Made by a program: the position numbers and the translations under genes. This document shows positions 49,222-62,400 of a DNA stretch of 64,000 nt, piece after piece. The DNA comes from a virus. Its lineage: Duplodnaviria > Heunggongvirae > Uroviricota > Caudoviricetes. The notes below the pieces were generated by a model that saw nothing but the letters and a program-made list of their open reading frames with translations, did no database searches and had not been told where the DNA came from. The stretch covers positions 1 to 64,000 of IMG/VR virus record IMGVR_UViG_3300031867_000014; one strand, written 5' to 3'. The first letter of the stretch is position 1; the number at the start of each line of letters is the position of its first letter.

Positions 49222-49522
49222 AACTTAACACCAAACTTACATTGCGATTATTAGATTCGATAGTAAAATTATCTTGCAAATAATCACATTGTAAATTACG
49301 ATTAATATTATAAACTTGTCTACCCTCATGAGTTATAGAAATATTTGTAATGACATCATGCACACAAGCTTCTACGGCAGTAACAGTAGTATCTATGTTT
49401 TCATCAATAGCAAAATAAATTACAATAGGAGCAGAATCAGATTGTCTGCTAACATGCATCCACTGAAATTCAGTAGCATTAAAATTAACAGAGCCATTAG
49501 CAGTTGTTAAAGTAACAGTCAT
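49211..49522 (-). CDS. hypothetical virion/late protein
   Basis: RBS AGGAGG; TAA stop. Confidence 0.5.
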   Translation of the reverse strand: MTVTLTTANGSVNFNATEFQWMHVSRQSDSAPIVIYFAIDENIDTTVTAVEACVHDVITNISITHEGRQVYNINRNLQCDYLQDNFTIESNNRNVSLVLSYAD

Positions 49523-49540
49523 ATCTTATAACCTCCTATT

Positions 49541-49849
49541 TTATTCTTCAGGCTCCGTAACGTAAATTGTAATACTAATCTGGCCATGGAAACCTGTTGC
49601 ATCTACACTTATACTATATCTGGTTAATTTACCAATGATAGTGTTAAGTGCAATAACTTCATTAGATTCATCGTCTAAAATCTTTAATGAGTTAATATTG
49701 TCAGTAATATATTGAGTTAAGTGATCAGAAAAATCAATTAAATCTAAATTCAAAATATAATTAACATTTGGATCAGAAAAATCCGCATAACCATCCATAT
49801 ATTGGATATTAATGCTTTCATCCAATTTATTATTGAGAATTAAACGCAT
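49541..49849 (-). CDS. hypothetical late protein
   Basis: RBS AGGAGGG; TAA stop. Confidence 0.5.
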   Translation of the reverse strand: MRLILNNKLDESINIQYMDGYADFSDPNVNYILNLDLIDFSDHLTQYITDNINSLKILDDESNEVIALNTIIGKLTRYSISVDATGFHGQISITIYVTEPEE

Positions 49850-49866
49850 TATATAACCCTCCTTAA

Positions 49867-51804
49867 TTATCGTACTTTAATCCAAATACGATTATTGACT
49901 TTTACATTGCCTGTACCCCAAGTTTCATACTCTGGAATTTCTGAAACAATACCTACAATACAATCAGGATACATCATTATTTCTTCACGAGTCATAATAT
50001 CAACAGTGCCATTGGGCGCTGAACAAACGGCCATGCCCGCATGATATTCTGAACGATCACGGTATGGATAAACTAAAACTCGACCAGAAACAGCTAAAGG
50101 CGTTTTAGTAGTTTCAGTTTCACCAATAGCAAAACCAAATGTGTCTGATACTACCGATGCGCCTGGAAGTAATCTTTTATCTGTAATATTTAAAGAACCA
50201 TCGTCATTATCTACAACACATTGTCCTGGTTGAGCTTCTTTATTAGTTTTACGTAATTCAGCATAGTCATTCCAAACAGCACCATAAATTAATGCATCTG
50301 TTTCTGTTTTTTTAGTCGTACCATTTGCAGAGATATAAAGACCAAAATAAGTACTAGCTGTACTATCAGCCAAGTAACGGTATGCGTATATACGATTACG
50401 GACAACGCCACTAGTATCAACATAACAATATAACATACCCAAACGATTTTTTGCAGCAGTACCAGTACCAGCTTCTAAAATCTAAATATAAGGACCAGTT
50501 GATGCACTTGGATTTGTACCTTTAGTAACTGTCGTACGTAAACCTAAATTACCAGTTAAAGTTCCACCGCTTAATTTTAAATATGTGCTATCATGATTAT
50601 GATTACCGACGGCAACAGTTGTGGCCGTAGTACCAGTAGGAAGTGTAAATGCCAATGCACCAGCACCACCATTGGCAGTTGCTGTATATGTAAAATTACT
50701 CCAAGAACCTGTTGTATGATAATAGTTAGTGGTAGTATCTGCTGGTGTTTTAAACACAACTGTTGTTCCGCCCGCTGTCAATGTATAAGCTGTATCGGCA
50801 GCCAAATTTATAGTAGCTGTACCGCCAGCTGCTAAACTTGTAGTATGAGTGTGATTACCAGCCGCCGCGGTGGATGCAGTGCTACCTATTGTTAATAATG
50901 TAGGCATAGTAAAAATTACTGATGATCCACCTGCTGTTAATTTATATTTTCCTGCAGATGCAAGTGTAATACTGCTTGTACCAGTATCAGTAGCCAGAGA
51001 TGCAGTATGTGTATGATTACCAGCTGCAGCAGTAGTTGCAGTAGAACCAATTTTAGGTGCATATGTATCTGGTTTACCAGTCACATTACTCCAAGCAACT
51101 CCACCAGCAGTACCAGTACAATTGCCGGTGATGGATGCGGTAATACCACCGGGCACTGTTATATGACCAGTTGATGGATTAATGGTTGCTACTTTAGTGG
51201 TATCATTAGGAATAACACCATATAAATCTTTACTACCAGAAGTAAAAGCAGTATATGCACCAGCATTACTAGTAGAGGCACCGACAATTGGTAACTCTGT
51301 TGTTGATGCAAGAGCATAAGTCCGCTGTAATGTATTCGTGTTTGTATCATAATAAGCATTAGTGCGCCAATCGGTACCTGTCCAGGTCATTACCATTACA
51401 GTACCCGCTGGATAATGCGTGGTTAAACGTGTATTACCAGCATAGACTGCATAGGCTGATGTTTGAGAGCCATCAGCTAAAGTTAAAATTAAAGATGCAT
51501 TACCACTACCGTCTTTTGGTAATCTATATGCAATCGTTTTACCAACATATAATGCTGGACTTCTGGTAACACCAGTCCAGGTACCAGTTGCTGCAGTTTG
51601 TGTACCATTAATATATTCAACACCGTCTAAAGACGTATCCGCTTGGGCTGCATTTAAACATATGCGGCTAGTTAAAGAAGCACTAGTTGCGGTGCTAAGA
51701 TCTACATAAAACTTATGATCATCGGTCGTAACATAGCAATAGCCTTCTGTACTATTGGCCGGTAAATTTGCGGCCAAGCCTTTTTTTATTTTAAAAAGTG
51801 CCAA
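49867..51804 (-). CDS. tail fiber protein with internal 'AAAGNHTHT.SLA' repeats; 1 in-frame TAG (50482)
   Basis: ORFs 50482..51804 and 49867..50442 are in frame across a TAG. TTG start with RBS GTGAGGTG. Repeats are visible at both DNA and protein level. Confidence 0.7.
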
Positions 51805-51830
51805 TCTTCAGCACCTCACTTATATTTAAA

Positions 51831-53702
51831 TTAGAATGTATCCCAGGTTACGCCACCATAAATATCGACACCTGCGATAGTAGCAAATTTATCACCTGCA
51901 CTAAAGTAAGTAGTTAAACCAATATTATGAGTCTTACCTTCAATAGCAGTGACGTGACCTTCTTTTGATACAGTTAAACGAGGAATTGTGAAAGAAATCT
52001 TATTACTACTTACAGATAAATCGCCGCCAGTAGAACCAATATTAGATTGAGCGGCACTAAATGGCTTTGGATGTGAGATAGTAATTACATTAGATTTTGA
52101 AGTACGAACTGTAATACTATTTTCACCAGTTAATTTGATGCCCTGGAGATATGGTTTTGTTGTCGTGGTTAAATCGCTATATGCACCTAGACATAAATTA
52201 AGATAAGCGACGTTATCACTGGCGGTAGATTCAGTTTGATTAGCATCTGCCGCTTTAGAAGAAGTAAATCCGCAATTTAATCTAAAGGAAGCAGTACGAC
52301 CATTAAATGTGGTGGTAGCAGTATTTGAATTTAATGCCAAACTTAATGATTGAGCTGTAGTAGTTGCAACACCTGTACCAACAGTAATTTCCGTTGCGCT
52401 AGTTACTTTATTAGAACTATTCATTGCTGCAACATAGAATAATTTACTGTTAGATGACATTTGAATCAAATCGCCAACTTGTACGTCTGAATAAGTTTTA
52501 TTGACAGGAGTTGTATCAGTAGAACTATCAATTTTTAAATTTAATAATGCTTCTTTTGGCATTAAACTTGCTGGGATTGTCCAACCAGTTGCGCCTGAAC
52601 CCCAGTCAATTGCCCCTAATTGAATATTACTTGCTGGTGCGGCGCCGACACTATTATAAGAAATTGTGCGGCCATCAGAACCATTATAACTACCAGTCGT
52701 ACCACTATCACCATTACCTGTAGTAGAAAATGCTAATGTAGCTGGGTTAGCAACACCCGCATCCTATATGTCAGCCCAAGTTTTAAATCCATAACCTTCA
52801 ATATCACTTGTTGTCACAGCAGTAGCCGCTGTTACATGACCTAATGCATCTACGGTTACTTTATATAAATTAGCTGCATAAGCAGTATGTGATGGGTGCG
52901 TATAAATAGTTAAAGTTTTATCGGCCAAAGCAGTATAACCGCTTGAAGTAAGAGCATGACCAAGAATTTTTAATTGACCATTTGCTGGTGTACTAAGTGC
53001 ATTTTGAATACCTTCTAGCAAACGTGGGCCATTAATTAATCTAGCCGTAGTAGCGGATGCTGAAGTAATTTCAGCTTTAGTTGCTAAAGCATATGTCGTA
53101 TTGGTATCTCTATTTAAGTCATTTAATGCAATCCAATTTGTTCCATCGTAATAGAAAATAACAGTACGATTAGCACACAGCATATTTTTAGTAAGTGCTG
53201 CTACAGAATAACTACTTTTAATATCTTTGGCATTAGTGGCTTGGCTACCTGATTCTAACACTAATTTAGTCGGCGCTACGCCACTTGAGTTAGATGCTGC
53301 AGTAAATTTAATTGCTACCAATGTACCAAGAACAGGGTCATTATTAGCATCCATTGGTAATACACCATTTGCCATTGTTGCTGTTTTAACGGCAGTGGCA
53401 TCAGTTGATGCACAAGTTGCATAAAGACCAATACCAGGTACAATAAGGTTAGATGTCTAACTACCATCATAATTTTGTACTGTTAAACCACCAACCGCAG
53501 TAGCGGTACCAGTAAGAGTAGTAATAGCAGATGTTGCATCATCAGCCAATTCTGCATTAAGTTTATATAAAGCTATATCTGGTAATTTAACACCAAGATA
53601 ATGATTAGCAGTATCAAAATATAATGCACCATCAGCCGCAGAACTTGATGCAGGCATACCAGTGCCATATTTTACTGACAATAAAGTTGTTGTATCAGCC
53701 AT
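51831..53702 (-). CDS. tail fiber/receptor-binding-like protein; 2 in-frame TAG codons (53457, 52764)
   Basis: ORFs 53457..53702, 52764..53375 and 51831..52562 are in frame with open gaps. ATG 53700 is preceded by TGA at 53723 of the upstream gene. Confidence 0.7.
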
Positions 53703-53722
53703 ATAGTTTTACACCGTCCTTC

Positions 53723-54316
53723 TCATAAATCATTCCACCATAAAGTAGTATTTCGCATAATGCCTGCCAATACCTCATCCAAACTATAAGCATTCAACAG
53801 CCCACTTTCATATTTGGCGGCAACAGATGGAATACTTTTCATTACGGTACTACTGGCTGGCTTTGTACGTAAACTATATGTTAATTCATGCGTGGTTAAA
53901 TCAATTTGGAACAAATGAAATGCAAATTCTAATGTTCCAGCTTGGATAGATGCATTACCATGAATACACCATCCGAAAATAATATTGCCAGGTTCACTTG
54001 CAATATCTTTTACAATAATAGGAGCTATATAGCTTTCTCCCTTGGCATTAACATATTCTACAACCAAAACCATCTACAATAAATCAACACCATCATAATA
54101 ACGCGGCATACGGAAATAAAGAGTCTCCGCATAATGATCTTCACTTACTGAAATAAATTTATTATACGGAGAACTCTTTAAATTAATCTCACGATTGATC
54201 AAGTCAACATCAATAATACGTGATTTATCATATGATTGTGTTAATACCATCGTACGATGGTGTGTTTGTACTTCTGTTAATAGATCAAGGAAGGCTTGTT
54301 CATTGATCATTGCCAT
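53723..54316 (-). CDS. baseplate/tail-associated protein, paralogous to the N-terminus of the 54342..56141 protein; 1 in-frame TAG (54074)
   Basis: ORFs 54074..54316 and 53723..54073 are adjacent and in frame across a TAG. Shared motifs with the downstream protein: 'LYFRMPRYYDGVDL' vs 'LWFQVPRFYDMTDL' and 'AGTLEF'. Confidence 0.65.
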
Positions 54317-54341
54317 AAAAACCCTCCTTGGTAAATATTAA

Positions 54342-56141
54342 TTATATAGTCACTTGAATAATATTAGCACCTTCAACAATTTGATTGTGCTCATCACGAT
54401 AATATTGTTCATAACCATTAATACCATGACATACAACTTCTGCAACGAAAACAGTTACTGAATACAAACCAGCCGCTGCAGATGGAACCAATTCTGATAA
54501 ATCAAATGATGCATCTGCACCAATAACAAATGGTTCTGGTAAACTGATATTTGTGAATGTCTGTGCGCCAACTGGAGCAAGAGATAAACGATAACGATAT
54601 TCACTATCAGTGTAAGCACCATTAATGTGGACATTAATCTTCTTGGCATTATTTTCATCAATAGAAAGCATAATATCAGAAGTAGTTAAAAGACGAGGCC
54701 ATTCATGAGCTTCAACAGATGGTGTAATGGCTTCAGTAATCATTAAGTTCTTTACGTTACGTGCTTTCGCATAATACTTGCCGCGTTCAGTCAATACACG
54801 AGATAAATCATTTTCTTCAGTAACAACAATGTTATCAGACATTGGAGTATCATTCTTATACCAGCAATAATCTACACGGCCATTGGCTGAAGCAAAATCA
54901 ATATCAAAATCAACCTTTGCTGGCTCACCGGCATTAACATAAATGTGAGGCGGTATTACCGGAGTTTCTTTTAACTTAATCTGAGTAGCTTCTTCCAAAG
55001 TTACAGTTTCAGTTTGCACATAACGAATACCATTATAATTGGAAACTTCTGGATTAATAATTTTGTTGCCAACATATACACGATACTTACCGGGTACATT
55101 AGTAGTTAATGTACTACTTGAACCATCTGCAGCAGTAACAATTTGTACATTTGGAGTAGCCTCTAACTTTGCTGGGTCAAAATCTACGCCTTCACCATGT
55201 TCACCGACTAAATTATTATTCCAATACCATTGATATACAATCTGTGCATTTGGAGTAACAACTTCATTAGCTTCATTGCGTGCTTTCAAATCACCAGTAG
55301 TTTCGTCTACAAATAAAGTTAAACCAGCATTATCTGGACTAATTGCGCCAACAGTAAATGTGATAGTATTGGTTTCAACATCAAGATCATATTTACCTTG
55401 AGTAAGCGTAGGACGTAAGATAGGCTCTGCCGCATCCAAAGAATTAACAATTTCACTATAAATTGCACGATTACGTACGATCTGATCAAAATTATCATCC
55501 AAACGGACAGTAGTACCAATTGTCATACCAGGCTTAATGACTAATTTTGCTGGCTGCAAATATAAACTGAATTGGGTCTGTGTAACATCGTTTTCATCTG
55601 TTGCAACAGAATAGAAACGAATACTAAATTCCAAAGTACCTGCGACCAAAGCAGCATTTTTACTGATATACCATCCAAAGTATAAAGTTTCACCATCGCA
55701 ATATTTAGCAAAAGGAGGAGTGTTATATACTTCTTCATCTACACCAGAACGATTAGTATTGCGCCAAGTAATATCAATATTACAAGTCATTAAATCTGTC
55801 ATATCATAGAAACGTGGTACTTGGAACCACAAGAATTCAGCTAAATGATCACCGACAACGCCGACACCATTTTGCGCGAAAATTTTAGGGACAGTAACCA
55901 CACGAGCTTCGGTATCAATCTTGAAAGTTTCTTCATTGAATGGAACACGAGCATAAATTGGATAACGCTTGTGACCATTCTTTAAAAACTTTGCTAAAGC
56001 TCTATAATAAATATCTAAAAGGTTAGAGCCTAAACCAAGAATATTATCACCAAGAGTTTCATTAGCGTCGAATTCAAATTGAGTTTTGAAATCAGGATCA
56101 TTAATGAACTTATCTTGCAAACTTTTTAAAGTTGTGATCAT
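54342..56141 (-). CDS. tail/baseplate structural protein (599 aa)
   Basis: RBS GAAGGGAG; an intact ORF with no TAG. Confidence 0.6.
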   Translation of the reverse strand: MITTLKSLQDKFINDPDFKTQFEFDANETLGDNILGLGSNLLDIYYRALAKFLKNGHKRYPIYARVPFNEETFKIDTEARVVTVPKIFAQNGVGVVGDHLAEFLWFQVPRFYDMTDLMTCNIDITWRNTNRSGVDEEVYNTPPFAKYCDGETLYFGWYISKNAALVAGTLEFSIRFYSVATDENDVTQTQFSLYLQPAKLVIKPGMTIGTTVRLDDNFDQIVRNRAIYSEIVNSLDAAEPILRPTLTQGKYDLDVETNTITFTVGAISPDNAGLTLFVDETTGDLKARNEANEVVTPNAQIVYQWYWNNNLVGEHGEGVDFDPAKLEATPNVQIVTAADGSSSTLTTNVPGKYRVYVGNKIINPEVSNYNGIRYVQTETVTLEEATQIKLKETPVIPPHIYVNAGEPAKVDFDIDFASANGRVDYCWYKNDTPMSDNIVVTEENDLSRVLTERGKYYAKARNVKNLMITEAITPSVEAHEWPRLLTTSDIMLSIDENNAKKINVHINGAYTDSEYRYRLSLAPVGAQTFTNISLPEPFVIGADASFDLSELVPSAAAGLYSVTVFVAEVVCHGINGYEQYYRDEHNQIVEGANIIQVTI

Positions 56142-56165
56142 ATAGTATATCTCCCTTCTGTATAA

Positions 56166-56215
56166 TAAAAAAACGCGGAGTAGAGAGAAAACTTGTCTCT
56201 ACTCCGCTTATCTCT
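56166..56215 (-). terminator. intrinsic terminator (12 bp stem gcggagtagaga/tctctactccgc) for minus-strand transcripts
   Basis: On the minus strand the hairpin is followed by T7. Confidence 0.7.
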
Positions 56216-56245
56216 CTTTGTTTTATCAAAAAAACAATGATTACT

Positions 56246-56458
56246 TTAATTATTTATGTCCTTCTCAATCCAATCTGGTAAATCGCAAGGATAAATAATA
56301 ATAGGACTATATACGCAATGTTGAGTACGTGTATTATATAAATACTTATAAGGTTCAGGAGATAACCACACACAGCGCAAATAAGTTTCTTCACCAGAAT
56401 CATTTGGCGCATTATGATAGTGACCTAAAGAATCTTCATATAAATAAGCCATTAGCAT
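56246..56458 (-). CDS. small hypothetical late protein
   Basis: RBS AAGGAAGGAG; an upstream TGA separates it from the giant ORF. Confidence 0.5.
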   Translation of the reverse strand: MLMAYLYEDSLGHYHNAPNDSGEETYLRCVWLSPEPYKYLYNTRTQHCVYSPIIIYPCDLPDWIEKDINN

Positions 56459-56479
56459 ATGTCATAATCTCCTTCCTTA

Positions 56480-59400
56480 TTAAGATGTAAATAATACTGT
56501 AGTAGCGATAGAATCATTCGCAACTTTTGGAACCGCACCAAAATGTGTTTCTTTCCAAGTCTTAAATGAACTATCAAGAGCATAAAATGCTTCTGCACTC
56601 TGTTCTAAATTAGCAGCTGTACTATTTTGTATAGTAATGATAACATTTTTTAACTTCGCCTAATTCAAACAATTTTCATTGAAATTATAAGCTCCAGCCT
56701 TTAAGCGTACTGCGTCTAATGTCCAATAAATTGTATCATTAAATGTAACGCCATAAAATGCTCCAGCTTCCATACCCATAATATTTGCACTAATTGAAGT
56801 TAAAACAACAGAGGTGTTACCAAAAACGTTTGCTTTTAATTGAGTAACATTATTTGGAACAAAAGCTAAACGTAAATTAGAACAATTGTAGAAAGCACTA
56901 GAACCTAATGTCTGTAAGTTTTGACCGCTACGAGTATATGCGGCTTCATCCTCAAACATTGATAATTGTGAACAACCATTAAATGCACTATTACCAATCT
57001 CAGTAATATATGGGAATAGGTAAGAAGCAGCCCAGCATAAATTTGTACATTGAGCGAATGCATTAGCACCAATATTGGCGAGATAAGTAATATTGACTTC
57101 TGCCGCATTATCATGTTGAGCATCATATAATGCTACTGTTGTTAAACCAACACAGTTTTCAAAACATGAACGTCCAATATATCTTATGGCTTGTGGGAAA
57201 CGTGCAACATCTAATGTTGTGCAATTCTTAAATGTATAAGCACCAAGAGTAACCATTGCTGCTGGTAAAGCAGTACCAACTTTTAAGCTATTACAATACA
57301 TAAAAGCGCCTTCTGCGGTAGAATTGTTTTCACCAATCATTTTTAAATTTGGACAACCAGCAAAATCTACATAATCCAAATTATAACCAGCAAAAGCAAA
57401 GGAATGAATATATTGTAAAGTATTACCAGCTTCAAAATAAATGCGGCGTAATGGCGCATCCGTAGCAGAAGCTAATGCTTCTTCTAAAGCGGGCTTAGCA
57501 CTTGCTGTAGTACCGGGATCAGCTAATTTTTTCACATAATAATTCGCTGCTCGTTTAGTATTATTTAAACCAACAACAGTCTAACCATTATATGTTTTTG
57601 GTATAGTAACCGCGGTATATGGATAATTATCCTTCAAAGTTAACATTACACCAGTAATTGTGCTAGAATCTGCAGTTACTTGTTGTGTTACTGACGATGA
57701 AGTAAACCAGCTTTCAGCTGTCGCAACATCTTGCATATTCTATGGATTACTAAATTGTGGATAAATTTTAACAGTATAACTATTATTTTCACTACCATGA
57801 GTTACTTGTTTCCATTCATTACCCCAATTAATTGTGGTATATACTGTCGTATGTGTTCTATCATTTTCATCACAAACGATTTTTACAATACCCAAATTTA
57901 AAGTGGCAGGATCAGTAGCAGATTCACGATAACGTACCGATTGTACATTAGCTACACCAGCTGTTAATGGATCGTCGGAATTATAGAATTTAACTGTATA
58001 ACGAGTAATTTCTGCAACATATACTGGATAAAAATTAACTTCACGATGCTTATTATCAGGAGTCAATGCAAAATCATCAGCAAAAGTATAAGTAGTACCA
58101 TTATATACATATAAGTTGTCTGTCTTAATGTATTCATTTAATTCTGCTTGCTTTTCTTCTTCAGTCACAGCATTAGCACTTGGCGTCCAAATATTATTTT
58201 CATTTAATAAATCAATAATTTCATCACTCTTATAATAAGTTATTTCACTATTATAAGTTGTTGGATTATTTTCATTAATCGTTGTCCAAGAGACATCTAC
58301 ATAAATACTAGAAGCTGCACGCGCTGCTGCATGTGCTTGCGCTAAAGCCGCTTCTGGATTTTGAGATTGATTAGTTGCTGCTTCAATAAACAAGTCAGTG
58401 TCTTCATCATCAGAAGTCTTAAAACCAACCAAACGATAAGTATATTGTACTTCTTTCGGCTTACCAAATTCACGGACATCTAAATGTGCACATAATTGCT
58501 GCGCAGATAATGTTGGCACAACATCAAAAGTATACTATTTAGTAAAATTAGTAATTGCAGTTTTATTAGTATTAAAGAATGAAACAGTATAAGAAGATGT
58601 TACTAAATCATTAGTATCATAAGCGATCTCTAAATTTGGATAACAACCACTATATTTTTCTTTAATTGCAACTGCATTAAGGCCATAATTCATACCGTTA
58701 TTAATTTTAATGGTACCACCAACATAATAACGTGTTGCAACTTTTGAGTTAGAAGTCGTAGACCATGGAGCAGAACCTTCAAGACCAGCTGTAGTAATTA
58801 ATTGATTTAAAATTGGGAAATCAACAATCATTGTGCCACTGGCATCAAGAGTACATTCAGTTGGATCTGTTGGATCTAATTTCCAATTCAAATCTGTTAA
58901 TTGAATATGCGCGACTGCATTGGTTTTATTCTTTGCAGCCTTAAATAAAGATTTTGTATCTAATTTTGGACAACCAGAAATATCTAAGTAGTCCAAACTT
59001 TCCCAACCATCATTATCACATTGTACTGTGGTTAATAATGGCTAATCATGTAATGCTAAAGTAGTTAATGTATTAGGTACATAAACTGTCTCTAAAATAC
59101 CGCCAACCGGGAATGATACAGTATTCAAATATGTATTTTTTGCAGAGAAGATTCTTAAATAGGTATTTGAAGATACATCTGCTGCCGTTAAAGACATATA
59201 TTGATTATCTAAGTTGGCCACTTGTAACAATGGATATAAACCACCATCAAAACGAGTCCATGGATTCTTTTCATTATTACCATTCAAACCGCGATTATTG
59301 CGTTGAGCTTGCTGATAAGCATTAAGAGATACATCAAATTCACGCAATTTAAATTGAGTATTAACACCACTATTATTAGTAACGTTAATATTAGCCATAC

Positions 59401-62400
59401 CCAAATAACCCAAATTACCTAAATGAGTAATATTTTGTACGAATAGCATTATAGCTTCTTGTTCATCAGTTGGCATATTATCAAAGCGTACAGCATTTGT
59501 CTCGCCTTCTGGAATATAAATTGGACCACGTGGGCTGCCTTGCGTTAAAGAGTTAGCACTAAAGTTGATCCAAACATAACTTGAGTCATCAGCAGTTAAA
59601 TTCAAAGTATACTATTTACGTTCAGTCTCAGTATAGTCTGAACTAGCTGGTAATGGATTTACACGGAAGCTATATTTAAATGCGGAACCATCTGCAGCAT
59701 ATTTACCATCCAAAAGCAACAAGCGACGTTTAAGCCATTGTTTACGATGCTCAGAACGAGTACCTTGTGCCGCATATAACAAATCAGAATAGTTAGTGTC
59801 ACGCACTTGCCAATACTGAGAATGATCGGGTTGTTGATACTCAGAATTATCCTGCTCATTTGCGACACTATCAATTAAGACGTGTTGACCACTTGAATTG
59901 TATAACCAGTTAGGTTCATCTTTCGGACGAATATACTTATACCATTCATCTTGGTTAATTAATGTTTCTACCCAAGCATTAGCTAATTTATTATTATAAG
60001 TATTAAGTAAGAAATTCAAATTCAAATTACCTTTACGCATCTGACGATACATAACAGCAACAGGACTTGAATAACCATTTGCAAAACACAATCTAAAGTT
60101 AGCCCATAAAACGCTATATTCACCAGAACCGTTAGGATCAATATTACCCTATGCATCACGTGGATAATCTGCAGTTGTATTATAAATACCGAAATTAGTA
60201 TCACGTACATCATAACGATATACTAATTTACCAGTATTATTAACACCCATTGCCGTGTCCATATCGTAGAAAATAGGATACCAAATACCAGTACCAGTTT
60301 CATTATCAGCATCATATGAGACCATCATCATATTTTTCGCACGACTGTCCATTAATACTTCTAATTCTGTCATAATATAATAGAAAGTAACAAAATCACG
60401 ATCCATATGTCTATCAAATTCATTTTTAAATTTTGCTAAACGATATTCGGCAGAATCGGTCGTATAAGTTACACCATCTAAAGTAACTTCTGGAATTGGA
60501 TTATTGGTCGCTGTTTTCATATTGGTAGACGCTAACCAATTTAAAAATGCACTAAATGCACGTTTATCTGTCATCTACTGATTATCATAATCAGGATAAC
60601 GTGATTCATAACCCGCGATCCAAATTGGGTATGGATCTGTCATGCCAATCTATTGATTATTTTCATCATAAGTTGGTTTTGGATCTTTATCAGCATTATC
60701 ATCCCATGGAGTTCTAAATGATGTCAAATCATTATTATTGTTTTTCATTTCCCAGCATTGAATGGAATTACGCTTTTCTTTATAAAGATATAATGGAGCA
60801 GTCTTTAAATAATTTGCATAATTCTTTGCAGCAGTTTCTTCACTATTCGGTGTCCATGGCACCATTTGATAAATACCATCTTGTAATACATACTTATAGT
60901 AAGTTTGTTCAGGATCATAAGGTAAATCTTTAGGCGAATCAACAATCGCTTCATACCCTGGTACAAAATCATTACCGTTCTTTACAAAACCAAAACCAGT
61001 AGCTTCATCAGAGAAGAAACCGAATAAATCAGCTTGGCTCTTATCTAAGTTAAAATTATAACGACCAATATATTCATATTTATCAAATGAATCTTCGCCA
61101 GTAAAACCGTTTGCATCTGTAGGATCAATACCAACCGGATAATAAAAGATAACACATGGACGACCTTTAATGGCAGTCAATAATGTTGTATTAGCATATT
61201 GATGACTAGTATTTTTTAAAGCTGCTTTTGGAGTTAATTCAATATTAGCAGAAGCATATAAATCATTGAGCTAATTAGCAGTACCAGTATTATGTGACAT
61301 AGAGCTATCCATATAATCAGCTTTCAATGTAAATATTTTACAAGCCGGAATATCAGAAAATAATTTATATTTCTTTTTTACAGTATTAAGACGTAAGTTT
61401 TTAACCGGATATTCTAATGAAGATGTGCCCTGTGGATAAATTGTACAATGCCATCTATCAGCAGATGTAGCTGTAAAACCAATAATTTTACCTTGAGAAT
61501 TTTTCTAAATAGACTCCATATTAATACCAAAGCAACGATCTTCATCATTAGGATCAACGAAATATGCTTCTACATAACGGTAGTCTTTTTTATCAAAATA
61601 TGGTAAACTAACTTCTGCATTATCGGCACTTTGTGTCATCTTAGTACCTTTTTTATCAGTACGATAACCACCACGTAATACCAAATAAGGAATTGATGCA
61701 CTTTCAATAACTTTTTGTAAAGATACATAAGAATATTTACCTGCGGCATTATATTCAGTAACGTTATTTGCTGCTTTACGAGCCATGGCAGCGTCTGCAT
61801 CGCCCAAACCAGCTAAATAGTTATCTAATACGGCTTCTGCACTTAAAGCTTTACCATAGAAACGGAAATTATATAATTCAATATCTGCATATGTAGAATC
61901 GAAAATAGTAGCAGTTAAAATACCTTCACCAGAGTCTTGACGCAAACGCATATTAGAATCACGCGCAACAATGCCTGAAAGTACACCATTAACATATACA
62001 TAAATATAATTGCGTGGTGTACGTGTATCAATATCAGCATCATTACGAGCGATAACATAACAAATATGTACGCGTTCATCTGCACTATAATAAGCCACTA
62101 AACCATTAACATTATCACCAACTACGCCTTTAGTCTGCATATCAGTTAATACTTTAGTGCTAGTATCAGTTAATGCAAAATAGTCACCAGTAGCAATAAT
62201 ACCTACAACAGGTTCATCTGATTCCCAGTTTTCACGTTGTGTATTATAACTGGCACAATTAATAATACGCTGTTTACGATCACGAATATTAGAAATTTTT
62301 ACATCAAATTCAATAGTCTTACCAGTCGTAATAGCGCCTGTATAAGATGCAGTGTTACTATTAAAAGCGCCATAGAAAGGTGCGACAGGGAAGGTCAATT

